From NCBI GenBank assembly GCA_030141605.1, contig JAQGDQ010002434.1, forward strand, positions 1 to 38,469: 38,469 nt of DNA, given 5' to 3'. This document shows, piece by piece, positions 10,385 through 19,733 of the stretch (position 1 is the first letter of the stretch; each line of letters opens with the position of its first letter). The translations under genes were made by a program, and so were the position numbers. This stretch comes from Tubiluchus corallicola. Its lineage: Eukaryota; Animalia; Priapulida. Below the pieces are notes generated by a model. That model had not been told where the DNA came from. It did no database searches and saw only the letters and a list, made by a program, of their open reading frames with translations.

Positions 10385-10529
10385 AAGAATACTTGAAAAC
10401 AAGGATTTGTGTTTAATAGAGATTAATATTTTATTTTAAAAAACAAATGTAGTAAATTAATAAATACTTAAATAAGTCTGTATTTTATCTGCAAAGTTAG
10501 GTAGATATAATGAACTATATAAGCTAATA

Positions 10530-11480
10530 TTATAGCATGTTTTCAAGCATTTTCTTTAATACTATCTGTGCAGAGTAAGTTCTGTTATTTGCCTGTGGTA
10601 TTACTATTGAGTTGGAGCTGTCTATTACTTCATCGCTTACTATCATATTTCGTCTTACAGGTAGGCAATGCATAAATTTAGCCTTGTTGGTTAGGTTCAT
10701 TTTAGCAGTGTCTATCATCCAACTTCTATCAGTGGAAAGTATTTGTCCATAGTCCTTGTAGCTCGACCAGTTTTTGGCATAAATGAAATCTGCTCCATCA
10801 AAGGCTTTATTTTGGTTGTATTCTACGGGGGTATCTTTTACAAACTCTGGAGCTAATTCATAGCCTTGTGGGTGTGTGATGAGAAACTCGTAATCCGTTT
10901 TTTGTATCCATTCGGTAAAAGAATTGGCTACTGCTTGCGGTAAAGTACGAGGATGTGGAGACCACGTGAGAACTATTTTAGGTTTAGGGGTTGATTTGTG
11001 TTCCTCTATGGTGATAATGTCTGCCAGTGATTGTAATGGGTGTCGGGTAGCCGACTCTAAACTGATAACTGGTACTCTAGCATAGTCTAAGAACATTTGT
11101 ATGATATGTTCCTCGTAGTCTTCCTTCTTATTTTGCAAATTTGCAAAGGTGCGAACACCTATAATATCGCAGTAATTACTTATTACAGGTATTGCTTCTT
11201 TTAGGTGTTCGGGTTTGTCGCCGTCCATTACTACACCAAGTTCTGTTTCTAGTTTCCAGCTGTCTTTATTTACATCTAAGACTATTACATCCATCCCTAA
11301 GTTGTAGGCTGCCTTTTGTGTGCTAAGTCTTGTGCGTAGGCTGGAATTGAAAAATATAAGTGCTATTGTTTTATTCTTCCCTAATATGTTGTGCTGAAAA
11401 GGCTTAGCTTTTAATTGTTGAGCTTCTTGTACTACTTTACTTACACTGTCAATATCTGCTACTGAAATAAATTGTTTCAT
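10530..11480 (-). CDS. argF: N-succinylornithine (acetylornithine-family) carbamoyltransferase ArgF'
   Basis: SSLRTRLST, HPLQ and FMHCLPVRRN motifs; DGDKPEH loop as in the Bacteroides succinylornithine enzyme. Confidence 0.92.
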   Translation of the reverse strand: MKQFISVADIDSVSKVVQEAQQLKAKPFQHNILGKNKTIALIFFNSSLRTRLSTQKAAYNLGMDVIVLDVNKDSWKLETELGVVMDGDKPEHLKEAIPVISNYCDIIGVRTFANLQNKKEDYEEHIIQMFLDYARVPVISLESATRHPLQSLADIITIEEHKSTPKPKIVLTWSPHPRTLPQAVANSFTEWIQKTDYEFLITHPQGYELAPEFVKDTPVEYNQNKAFDGADFIYAKNWSSYKDYGQILSTDRSWMIDTAKMNLTNKAKFMHCLPVRRNMIVSDEVIDSSNSIVIPQANNRTYSAQIVLKKMLENML

Positions 11481-11917
11481 CTTTGCTTTAATTCTCGTTT
11501 AATTCTTATTTAATCCTCGTTTAATGATAAGTTGATGACATTATATTGAACTATGTTAACTTGTGATAAAAGTTTCTTTATTCTTAAAGTAACCCTATTG
11601 AAGACAAATTTATAAAAATTTTGGTAATTAATTCCTGTAATAAGGTGGGACAGTTTGTTTAAAACTTGAAGAAAGCAAATTTTTAGATTTCATTTGATTA
11701 AATGCCTTTCATTTTCTGTTATTGTTCTTTTGTTATATATGAAAAGTAGGTTTACTTGTTTACAAGAGGGGGGAACAACCAAAAAAAGAAATAAAGTATT
11801 ATTTGCTATAAAAATAATACAATAATTAAATATTAAAGTTTTGTTCCTTTACATAATATTACTTACAACAAGTTGTATCTATGTATATCAAATCTTTACT
11901 TCTCAAATTCTACAAAA

Positions 11918-12103
11918 ATGAAAAATCTAACTTATATGTTTAAAAATTTTGTTTTTAGTATGAAATTACTTTTGAGCAAAAAAGAAAGGGAGTGTTATAA
12001 GGCTTTTAATTTGGAGTGTGAAATATTCTACAATGGAGATAAAAATGATATTGAACACATTATCAGCTTATTTGAAATTTACACAAACAGGAAAGCAGAT
12101 TAA
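11918..12103 (+). CDS. Small hypothetical protein
   Basis: Short ORF with an A-rich leader directly upstream of the GH130 gene; no recognisable motif. Confidence 0.35.
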   Translation: MKNLTYMFKNFVFSMKLLLSKKERECYKAFNLECEIFYNGDKNDIEHIISLFEIYTNRKAD

Positions 12104-12195
12104 CCTAATTATTATAAATGAAAGTAAATAAAGAATATCTAAAAGAATGATATTCTGCTAAAAAATAAGGTTAATCTTAAAGTTTAAATAATATT

Positions 12196-13209
12196 ATGAA
12201 ATTGCAAAAGTTTGATAAAAATCCTATTCTGTTGCCAAATACTTCTAATGATTGGGAAAGTTTAATTGTATGCAACCCTGGTGCTTGGTATGAAAAAGGA
12301 AAGTTTTATATGCTTTATCGTGCGGCGGGTAACGATAAGGAGCATATTATACGTTTTGGTTTGGCAGTGAGTGAAGATGGTTATAATTTTAGAAGAGTGT
12401 CCAATGATTATGTTTTTGGACCTTGTGAGGATGGAATGGATGCAGGAGGAGTAGAAGATCCGCGAATTGTGAAGTTTGATGATTACTATTATGTAACTTA
12501 TGCTTTTCGTCCTTATCCTCCGGGACAGTATTGGAATTTTGAACACGATGAAATATTGCAACAAGAGGTGGGGGAAAATGCTCCCCATTTTTTGAAACGC
12601 AATGTTGCAAATACAGCTTTGGCTATAACTAAGGATTTTAAAACTTGGAAAAGGTTGGGACGTATTACACAGTCCAATTTAGATGATAGGGATGTGATAC
12701 TGTTTCCTGAAAAAATTAATGGCAAATATGCAATGTTGCATCGTCCTAAGGAATGGGTAGGAGAGAAGTACGGAGTAAAATACCCTGCCATATGGTTGCG
12801 TTTTTCTGATGATTTATTGGTGTGGAACGAGCCAAGTCATTTGTTGATACAAGGTATAGATAATACTTGGGAGGAAAAAATAGGAGGGAGTACTCCACCA
12901 CTTAGAACGGATGCGGGGTGGTTGGTTATTTATCACGGAGTGAACAAGGGTGGTTTAGGCAGGTATTGTGTGGGGGCTTTGTTGTTGGATATAGAAGATC
13001 CTAGGAAAGTATTGGGTAGAACGAAGGATTTTATTATGGAGCCTGAACATAATTATGAAATAGAAGGACCCTATAAAGGCTGTGTGTTCCCTACCGGTAA
13101 TGTAATAGTGGATGGTGTGCTGTATGTATATTATGGTGGAGCAGATAAGTATATTGGAGTGGCAACTTGTAGTGTGGACAAACTGATACGTTATATTTTG
13201 GAAAACTAA
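12196..13209 (+). CDS. GH130 family beta-mannoside phosphorylase (cytoplasmic)
   Basis: NPIL, CNPGA, LYRA, VEDPRI, LFPEKING, LHRP, KIGG, IYHGV, VFPTG and YYGGAD motifs; no signal peptide. Confidence 0.9.
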   Translation: MKLQKFDKNPILLPNTSNDWESLIVCNPGAWYEKGKFYMLYRAAGNDKEHIIRFGLAVSEDGYNFRRVSNDYVFGPCEDGMDAGGVEDPRIVKFDDYYYVTYAFRPYPPGQYWNFEHDEILQQEVGENAPHFLKRNVANTALAITKDFKTWKRLGRITQSNLDDRDVILFPEKINGKYAMLHRPKEWVGEKYGVKYPAIWLRFSDDLLVWNEPSHLLIQGIDNTWEEKIGGSTPPLRTDAGWLVIYHGVNKGGLGRYCVGALLLDIEDPRKVLGRTKDFIMEPEHNYEIEGPYKGCVFPTGNVIVDGVLYVYYGGADKYIGVATCSVDKLIRYILEN

Positions 13210-13281
13210 AAAGGGTTTGCTATTTGCTTTTTTCATTTTGTAAAGATGGAGTTAGTCAAGTTATTTTAACATAAGGAATAA

Positions 13282-14880
13282 ATGGACTGGATACAAAATT
13301 TAGGTTTTATAGATGTTATTATTATACTGCTATACTTTATTTTTATAGTGGTATTAGGGGTTTTATTTGGCAAGAGTAAAACGGCAAATTCTTATTTTTT
13401 GGCAGGTCGTAAAATGACGTGGACTGTTATAGGTTTCTCTATGTTTGCGGCAAGTATTTCTAGTTCTACGCTTATTGGTCAGGCAGGAGACGCTTATAGT
13501 ACAGGAATAGCAGTATTTAACTATAACTTGATTTCTGTATTTGTAATGATTGTTTTTGCGTGGTTCTTCTTGCCTTTCTATATTAAGGCTAAAATTTTTA
13601 CAATGCCTGAATTTCTAGGACGGCGGTTTAGTGCAAGCTCGCGTTATTACTTTTCGGCTATAACCATTATTGTGAATATTTTTTTGGATGCGGCAGGGTC
13701 ACTTTATGCAGCTACATTGGTAATGAAGTTAGTGTTTCCTGATATTAGTTTTATTGTATTGGCAAGTATTTTTGCTTTGATTGTGGCGGCTTATACTATA
13801 CCCGGGGGATTGTCAGCAGCCATTAGGGTGGATTTGATACAAGGTATTGTGTTGATTGTGGGGGCTGTGGTGCTTACTTATATTGCCACAAACAATGGTG
13901 GAGCAGAGTATGTTAAGAACTTACTTGCTGATAATAGTTATATGATGGATTTGATTCGTCCGTTGAATGATGCATCAGTTCCTTGGCTTGGCTTAATTGT
14001 TGGAATTCCTATATTAGGCTTTTTCTTTTGGGGCAACAATCAACAGTTGGTGCAACGTGTTTTGACAGCCAAATCTATTGATGAAGGGCGTAAAGGTGTA
14101 TTGTTGGTAGGCTTTCTTACCGTATTGACTTTGTTCCTTATTATTATTCCGGGAGTAATGGCACATCATTTCTTCCCTAATTTAGAGAAACCTGATATGG
14201 TCTATCCTTCTTTGGTTATAAAATTACTGCCAGTGGGATTGGTTGGTTTTTTACTGGCTGCTTTGGTGGCAGCTCTTACATCTTCTTTGAGTGGTTTGTT
14301 GAACTCGGTAGCTACTTTGTTTACAATGGATTTTTATGCAAATATAAAGCCTAAAAGCTCTTCTAAGGAGAAAGTTGTTGTGGGTCGTATTGTCTCTATT
14401 ATAGTATTGATTATAGCGGTAATGTGGGCTCCTCAAATAGGTGAGAAATTTGGCTCGTTGTTGAAATATTATCAAGAGATGCTTTCTATTATGGCTCCGC
14501 CTATTGTGTCGGCATTTGTTTTAGGTGTTTTTTGGAAAAGAATTAATGCTAAGGGAGCTTTTATTGGTCTGCTCGGAGGGGCTGCATTAGGGGTTGCCAA
14601 CTTGATTTATAAAATAAAGCTAGGTCACTCTTTGTTTGGCGATATTCACTTTTTACTTACTGTGCCTTTCTTTTTCTTTTGGAGTATGTTGATAATGATT
14701 GTTGTTAGCTATGCAACAAAGAAACCTAACTACAATAGTATTAAAAATTATATATGGTCTGCCAAAGAGTTTAAGGAAGAAACACAAATACTTAAAAGTA
14801 TCCCAATATACAAGAACTATAGATTTTGGTCTTTGCTATTGCTTGTTTTCTGTGTAATAGTATTGATTGTGTATAGGTAA
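13282..14880 (+). CDS. Sodium:solute symporter (SSS/SLC5) sugar transporter
   Basis: YFLAGR, TMPEFLGRRF, GGLSAAIRVD.IQ, NQQLVQRVL and TLFTMDFY motifs; many transmembrane helices. Confidence 0.93.
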   Translation: MDWIQNLGFIDVIIILLYFIFIVVLGVLFGKSKTANSYFLAGRKMTWTVIGFSMFAASISSSTLIGQAGDAYSTGIAVFNYNLISVFVMIVFAWFFLPFYIKAKIFTMPEFLGRRFSASSRYYFSAITIIVNIFLDAAGSLYAATLVMKLVFPDISFIVLASIFALIVAAYTIPGGLSAAIRVDLIQGIVLIVGAVVLTYIATNNGGAEYVKNLLADNSYMMDLIRPLNDASVPWLGLIVGIPILGFFFWGNNQQLVQRVLTAKSIDEGRKGVLLVGFLTVLTLFLIIIPGVMAHHFFPNLEKPDMVYPSLVIKLLPVGLVGFLLAALVAALTSSLSGLLNSVATLFTMDFYANIKPKSSSKEKVVVGRIVSIIVLIIAVMWAPQIGEKFGSLLKYYQEMLSIMAPPIVSAFVLGVFWKRINAKGAFIGLLGGAALGVANLIYKIKLGHSLFGDIHFLLTVPFFFFWSMLIMIVVSYATKKPNYNSIKNYIWSAKEFKEETQILKSIPIYKNYRFWSLLLLVFCVIVLIVYR

Positions 14881-14991
14881 GAAATTTTATTTATTTGTTC
14901 TTTTGTTTTGGCAATAGTATATAAACTTAGGTAATTGTATACTTAACCAACTGGATAACCTTTGAGTAAGAGAATAAAAAAGTTTAAAGAA

Positions 14992-15021
14992 AGCCTATAA
15001 CTTACAACTAAATTATAGGCT
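14992..15021 (-). terminator. Intrinsic terminator between the convergent SSS gene and the sus operon
   Basis: Perfect 9-bp stem AGCCTATAA / TTATAGGCT, followed by a T-rich tract on the minus strand. Confidence 0.6.
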
Positions 15022-15061
15022 AAAAAAAGCTGGGTTAAGCAAATATATAATTGCTTTTTTG

Positions 15062-16546
15062 TTATTCCATATTTGTAAACAACATAAAACTCTGTCCTGC
15101 TATTTGAAATTTTTCCCCTGCCTGCAAGTCCATTGTCAAATTCTCTTCTGTAGGTATTGCAAAATCGTTTACATCTTTTGGGCTGTGTGTTTTGGTATAA
15201 ATATATTTTTTTATTCCTTCAAATGTCTGTTTTCCATCCCATTGTAGTCCAGTATCATAAGTCGTATAGCCATTATTTACAATGGCAATTGTATATTTTC
15301 CATCTTTCTCGCCCCCTACGGCACGTAATCCTTTCTTAGCAGGTACTTCTACATTAAATATTTTAGTGCCTTTGGGGAAGTAGCGCGATAGCAAAGACAT
15401 AGTATAAAACCAAGGGCGAATGTTTTCACCTTCAACACCCTCAAATACTTCTTCACCTAAAATATTCCAAAAGCCCCAACGTTTCAATTCTTTATCCCCC
15501 CCTTTGTTATACATAGCATCGTCTGCACTCCACAGTATTACTCCGGCAAAACCTACATTCATACATTGTATAATAGCATCTGCCATATCTATGCCATAAA
15601 AGAAATCGTATACAAACATATTGCAATCTTCCGAAGCATACATATCTTCTGCTATGCGTTTTTCGTTCTCTGTCCTCAATGTAGCGTCCACATCGTTGTA
15701 TTTAAAGCCCAGTTCTCCCATTACAATTTGCTTATCTTCTGGGACAACATCTTTATAAGCCTTTATCATACTACTATAATCAGCATCTCGTACAAAAGTT
15801 TGTGAGGGATAAGTATGAATGTCGTATAAGTCTACAAAGCTCATATCATTTTTTGTATTTGTAATCCAAGAAGTAGATCTTGCATCCCAAATAGCAATAT
15901 CAGGGCCTGCAATTTTTACTTTTTGGTGCAAGTTTCTCGCTACCATAGAATTGTAAAACAGTGTAGTTACATCCCGCCACAAACTATAACTCTCATTTGT
16001 AGAAGACCAATCTCCATTAGGCTCATTTACCATATTGTAATATTTGATACAGCTAAATCCTTTTTCATTTACAAGCCATCCCAAATAATCTGCAGCCCAA
16101 CCCACCCATACACTATCTATCTGTTCCCTATCGTTGTTGAGGTATTTATGACCCCATTCACCAAACATTACCGTAATATTGTTTTGTTGGCAGTATTCTA
16201 ATACCTTGACCAAACGTTGCGAATTTCCATTATCCGTATTATAGCTACCATTCACTATATAATTCCATCCTGCATTTATCATTATCCGCATAAAAGGGGG
16301 TTTCATAAAATCGAAGCGTTGTTTCATCTTATTCCAATCTTCATCCGACCACATAAAATTACCCGTCCACCCCTCCATCATTTCATAGCCACCCCATTGC
16401 GGACCATTGCCAATGTAATTGCCTGTGATTACTTCATTTGTCTTTACCACTATTACACTAGAAGAGTCAAAATTTTTTCCTTTATCTTTTCCCTTGCACG
16501 AACTCAAAAACACAAGGAGTATGAAAAATAATGTTAGTTGTTGCAT
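15062..16546 (-). CDS. Lipoprotein glycoside hydrolase, clan GH-A-like (family uncertain)
   Basis: Lipobox FLSSC; acid/base motif VNEPNG; DIHTY; candidate nucleophile VMGELG; C-terminal beta-sandwich. Confidence 0.7.
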   Translation of the reverse strand: MQQLTLFFILLVFLSSCKGKDKGKNFDSSSVIVVKTNEVITGNYIGNGPQWGGYEMMEGWTGNFMWSDEDWNKMKQRFDFMKPPFMRIMINAGWNYIVNGSYNTDNGNSQRLVKVLEYCQQNNITVMFGEWGHKYLNNDREQIDSVWVGWAADYLGWLVNEKGFSCIKYYNMVNEPNGDWSSTNESYSLWRDVTTLFYNSMVARNLHQKVKIAGPDIAIWDARSTSWITNTKNDMSFVDLYDIHTYPSQTFVRDADYSSMIKAYKDVVPEDKQIVMGELGFKYNDVDATLRTENEKRIAEDMYASEDCNMFVYDFFYGIDMADAIIQCMNVGFAGVILWSADDAMYNKGGDKELKRWGFWNILGEEVFEGVEGENIRPWFYTMSLLSRYFPKGTKIFNVEVPAKKGLRAVGGEKDGKYTIAIVNNGYTTYDTGLQWDGKQTFEGIKKYIYTKTHSPKDVNDFAIPTEENLTMDLQAGEKFQIAGQSFMLFTNME

Positions 16547-16576
16547 AGAAATAAATTTTTAGTAAAAATTATCGTT

Positions 16577-18184
16577 TTATTCAAATTTATACCAGTAGTC
16601 TAATGGATTTTGCTCTTCATTTGCTCCAATTTTAAGTAAAAAGCCCCATTCATTATCTACGGGCCAAGAGTGTTCTATATCAAATTCGTCTTTAAATATT
16701 AGCTTTTTACTACCATCGTCAAATTTCCAAGTTCCACTACCTTGCGGAAGCAAACGATAGCCTTCTGCTGCCGCTGCCGTGGCACTCCCATACTTATTAT
16801 CGTCACCTGCAGAATACACAAATGTCAAATTATCATTCAATGTAAGTTGATTGTCCATTTCAGCATCTGCCCATTCGGGTCGCACTTTGCCACCATCCCA
16901 TATATAGTACTCTGCGATATTCCAAATATTTTTCCAGCTAGTTGGGGCATTTGTGCTATTCTGCAACCATTTTTTCAATGCTTCCAATCCTCCATCATCA
17001 TCTTCAGATAGTAGTATCAATTTTGCTGTCCAATCTTGCATGCTTCCATTTTCTGCCGTTACAGTATATTTTACTGTAGAATCTTCATTTGTTGTAAAGT
17101 CTACTATTTCTCCTGATGCTGGGGATATTGTAGATAAAGCAGAAGTAGTAATTGTAGGGGCAAGAGTAGCAATGTTTGTTCCGTCAGCAATGTCCACTTC
17201 TACTTTGTGGTTATCCGAATCAATTCTTCCATTATTTTCGCCTATTGAAAAACTTGTTATATCATTTTCACCTGACTTCTGTCTTTCTCCTTTCTTTAAT
17301 CCGTACCAATAAGCTTGTGCAGAAGTTATTTCTTCCAGCGGATACCCACTCCAATCTACACTAGGAAATGATACGCTAAATTTTACAATCAATATTCCTT
17401 CTTGTTCATACTTATCTAATTCTAAAGGCTCTGTAGTTACCTCGTCGCCTTGTCCCTCATTGAAAACAATTACATTTCGTTCAAAATCCCTTTTCCAAGT
17501 GCCTGCTTCTGTTGGCATTTTGCTAAAATAATCGGTAAAGTCCTTTTCATTACCACCTCCGGGGTCGTATATATATTCACCATATTTTTCATCAGCACCT
17601 GCAGAGTGTGTAAATGTTCCTAGTACATTTCCTTGTTCATCAATGTTTTCGGATACAAATTCAAACTCGTTGTCCAATTCTAGTGCTGCACCCGGCATAT
17701 AACGAACTAGAGGAGATGTGCCTGACCATCCCCAGCCCTCCCCACCATCTAATACATCAAACCACAGTTCATAACTATCAATATGCCATTTGCCTTCGAG
17801 CAATGATTTGTAAATAGTTGCTTTTACTTTCCACGTGCGTTGTTCTCCACTTTGAGCAGTTACCACAATGGATACAGTAGAGTCTGCATTGTCAAAGTTT
17901 AACACTGAACTGGTACCAACGTCAGCGGTGGCTCCAAATGAAACAGCAATATCCTTCACTTTCAAGGCATTTATTTCTGTTCCATTTATTACTTTTATTG
18001 TGGCATAACCAGTATCAGAAACTACATTAGCATCTTCTATGATTAAAGTTCCTACTTGATTTTCTACCAACAATGTTTCAAGATTTCTATCCTTATAAGA
18101 AAAATCATCTAAATCCTTAAAAGGGTTTTGCTGACACGACATAAAAATTGTTGTAAGGAACAATAAATATGATAATTTTTTCAT
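16577..18184 (-). CDS. Surface glycan-binding lipoprotein (SusE-positioned)
   Basis: Lipobox IFMSC; immediately downstream of susD; DUF5018-like Ig segments (V.YTVTAENG) and Trp-rich domains. Confidence 0.7.
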   Translation of the reverse strand: MKKLSYLLFLTTIFMSCQQNPFKDLDDFSYKDRNLETLLVENQVGTLIIEDANVVSDTGYATIKVINGTEINALKVKDIAVSFGATADVGTSSVLNFDNADSTVSIVVTAQSGEQRTWKVKATIYKSLLEGKWHIDSYELWFDVLDGGEGWGWSGTSPLVRYMPGAALELDNEFEFVSENIDEQGNVLGTFTHSAGADEKYGEYIYDPGGGNEKDFTDYFSKMPTEAGTWKRDFERNVIVFNEGQGDEVTTEPLELDKYEQEGILIVKFSVSFPSVDWSGYPLEEITSAQAYWYGLKKGERQKSGENDITSFSIGENNGRIDSDNHKVEVDIADGTNIATLAPTITTSALSTISPASGEIVDFTTNEDSTVKYTVTAENGSMQDWTAKLILLSEDDDGGLEALKKWLQNSTNAPTSWKNIWNIAEYYIWDGGKVRPEWADAEMDNQLTLNDNLTFVYSAGDDNKYGSATAAAAEGYRLLPQGSGTWKFDDGSKKLIFKDEFDIEHSWPVDNEWGFLLKIGANEEQNPLDYWYKFE

Positions 18185-18219
18185 TGCTTGTTTTTTTAGA
18201 TTGTTTTAAAATAGTTTAT

Positions 18220-19707
18220 TTAGAGATTCGGATTGAGGTCTAATTCCTTTTGAGGTATAGGGTAAAAATAAGCATACTGGCTACTTACATTTAGCACTTC
18301 GTTAATTCTGTTTGTTCTTCTTAGCTCAAAAAGATACTGTCCTTCAAAAGCCAATTCCCAAATACGTTCTTGCCTCACAGCGTGTCTAAAATCTGCATTG
18401 TTTAGCCCTGTCTCTAAATTATCCAGTCCAGCACGATTGCGGATAGCATTTATTTGTGTATAAGCTTCTGTTGTAGCTCCCAGTGCTTCTGCATAAATAA
18501 GAGCAATATCAGAAAACCTAATTAAAAAAGGACGTGTACTTGTTTTTTCCCCTTCAAACAAGGGGTCAATATATTTTCTTGTGAAAGGGTATCTCAAAGT
18601 TCCCTCACCAACACTATAAAGAAGATTAGCATTTTCGTCATACACCTCACTTACTATCAGCAGTTTTTTTCTGAGGTCATCGTTATCAAAACTTTTATAA
18701 AACTCATCTTCTGTAGGAAACACTTCCCAACCGTTGTGTGTTTTTGTGAGCTGACTGGCATTAGGTGTTCCTGCAACATTAGGTACATAAAAAACACTTG
18801 CATCTGCCCAAGGAATAAATAGCTTTGATATTTTAGAGTAGTCTCCTTCTTCTGTTCCTGATCTATGCATGGACATAATAAAGATATGTTCGTTACCTCT
18901 GGGCTGTTCTACATCGTAGATACTAAGTAAATCATCGCTCAACGTATATTCAGTTTGTCTATTAATCACTTTTTCTGCATACACAACAGCACTATCGTAC
19001 ATTGCTTCTGTATTAGTAACAAAGTCAAAATTTTCCACTCCTGTTTGTTTAGAAGATGCCATTGTAGTATATACTTTTGCCAATAAAGCTTGAGCTGCTA
19101 CTTGATCGGCTCGTCCCAGTTGTCTTTGAATGTCTAACAATTTAATAGCTTTTCTTAAGTCGTTAATAATAAGGCTATATATCTCTTCCAAGCTACCCAT
19201 AGGAGGGGTAGTTTCTTCTAGACTATTGACCATACCTGTTTGTAAAGGTACTTCCCCAAATACTCTTGCCAAATTAAAATAGTTCCAAGCTCGCAAAAAA
19301 TACCCTTCGCCAATAAATTTGTTTTTTGATTCTTGGCTGTAATCGCCTTTTGGTACATTATCTATCACTGCATTGGCTCTATTAATACCAATATAAGCAG
19401 ATTTGAAATATTGAGTTAAAGTTGTATTATCTGGTATTATTGTCCAATCATTTAGAGCGTGATATGCTACATTTTCGTCTGCTTTGATTCCTACAGAGTT
19501 GGTAGGTAGTTCTCCAATATAGAAAATTCCTCTTGAATACTCTATTGAAGTCAGAGCATCGTAGGCATACAAGACTGCTGCATTGGCATCTTTTTCTGTT
19601 TTGTAAAAATTATCTTCGGAATAAAAGCCATAAGGTTTTTCTTTTAGTTTGCTACATTTTATTGCAAACAAGGCTAATGCAATAATGATTATATTTTTTC
19701 TTTTCAT
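18220..19707 (-). CDS. susD: SusD/RagB family lipoprotein
   Basis: Y.GINRANAVI, GEGYFLRAWNYFNL, FGEVPL, IRFSDIALIYAEA, ERIWELAFEG and YPIPQKELDLNPNL motifs; start taken as MKRKNIII at 19707. Confidence 0.95.
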   Translation of the reverse strand: MKRKNIIIIALALFAIKCSKLKEKPYGFYSEDNFYKTEKDANAAVLYAYDALTSIEYSRGIFYIGELPTNSVGIKADENVAYHALNDWTIIPDNTTLTQYFKSAYIGINRANAVIDNVPKGDYSQESKNKFIGEGYFLRAWNYFNLARVFGEVPLQTGMVNSLEETTPPMGSLEEIYSLIINDLRKAIKLLDIQRQLGRADQVAAQALLAKVYTTMASSKQTGVENFDFVTNTEAMYDSAVVYAEKVINRQTEYTLSDDLLSIYDVEQPRGNEHIFIMSMHRSGTEEGDYSKISKLFIPWADASVFYVPNVAGTPNASQLTKTHNGWEVFPTEDEFYKSFDNDDLRKKLLIVSEVYDENANLLYSVGEGTLRYPFTRKYIDPLFEGEKTSTRPFLIRFSDIALIYAEALGATTEAYTQINAIRNRAGLDNLETGLNNADFRHAVRQERIWELAFEGQYLFELRRTNRINEVLNVSSQYAYFYPIPQKELDLNPNL

Positions 19708-19733
19708 AGTGTTTGTTTTTTTAATATTATGTT

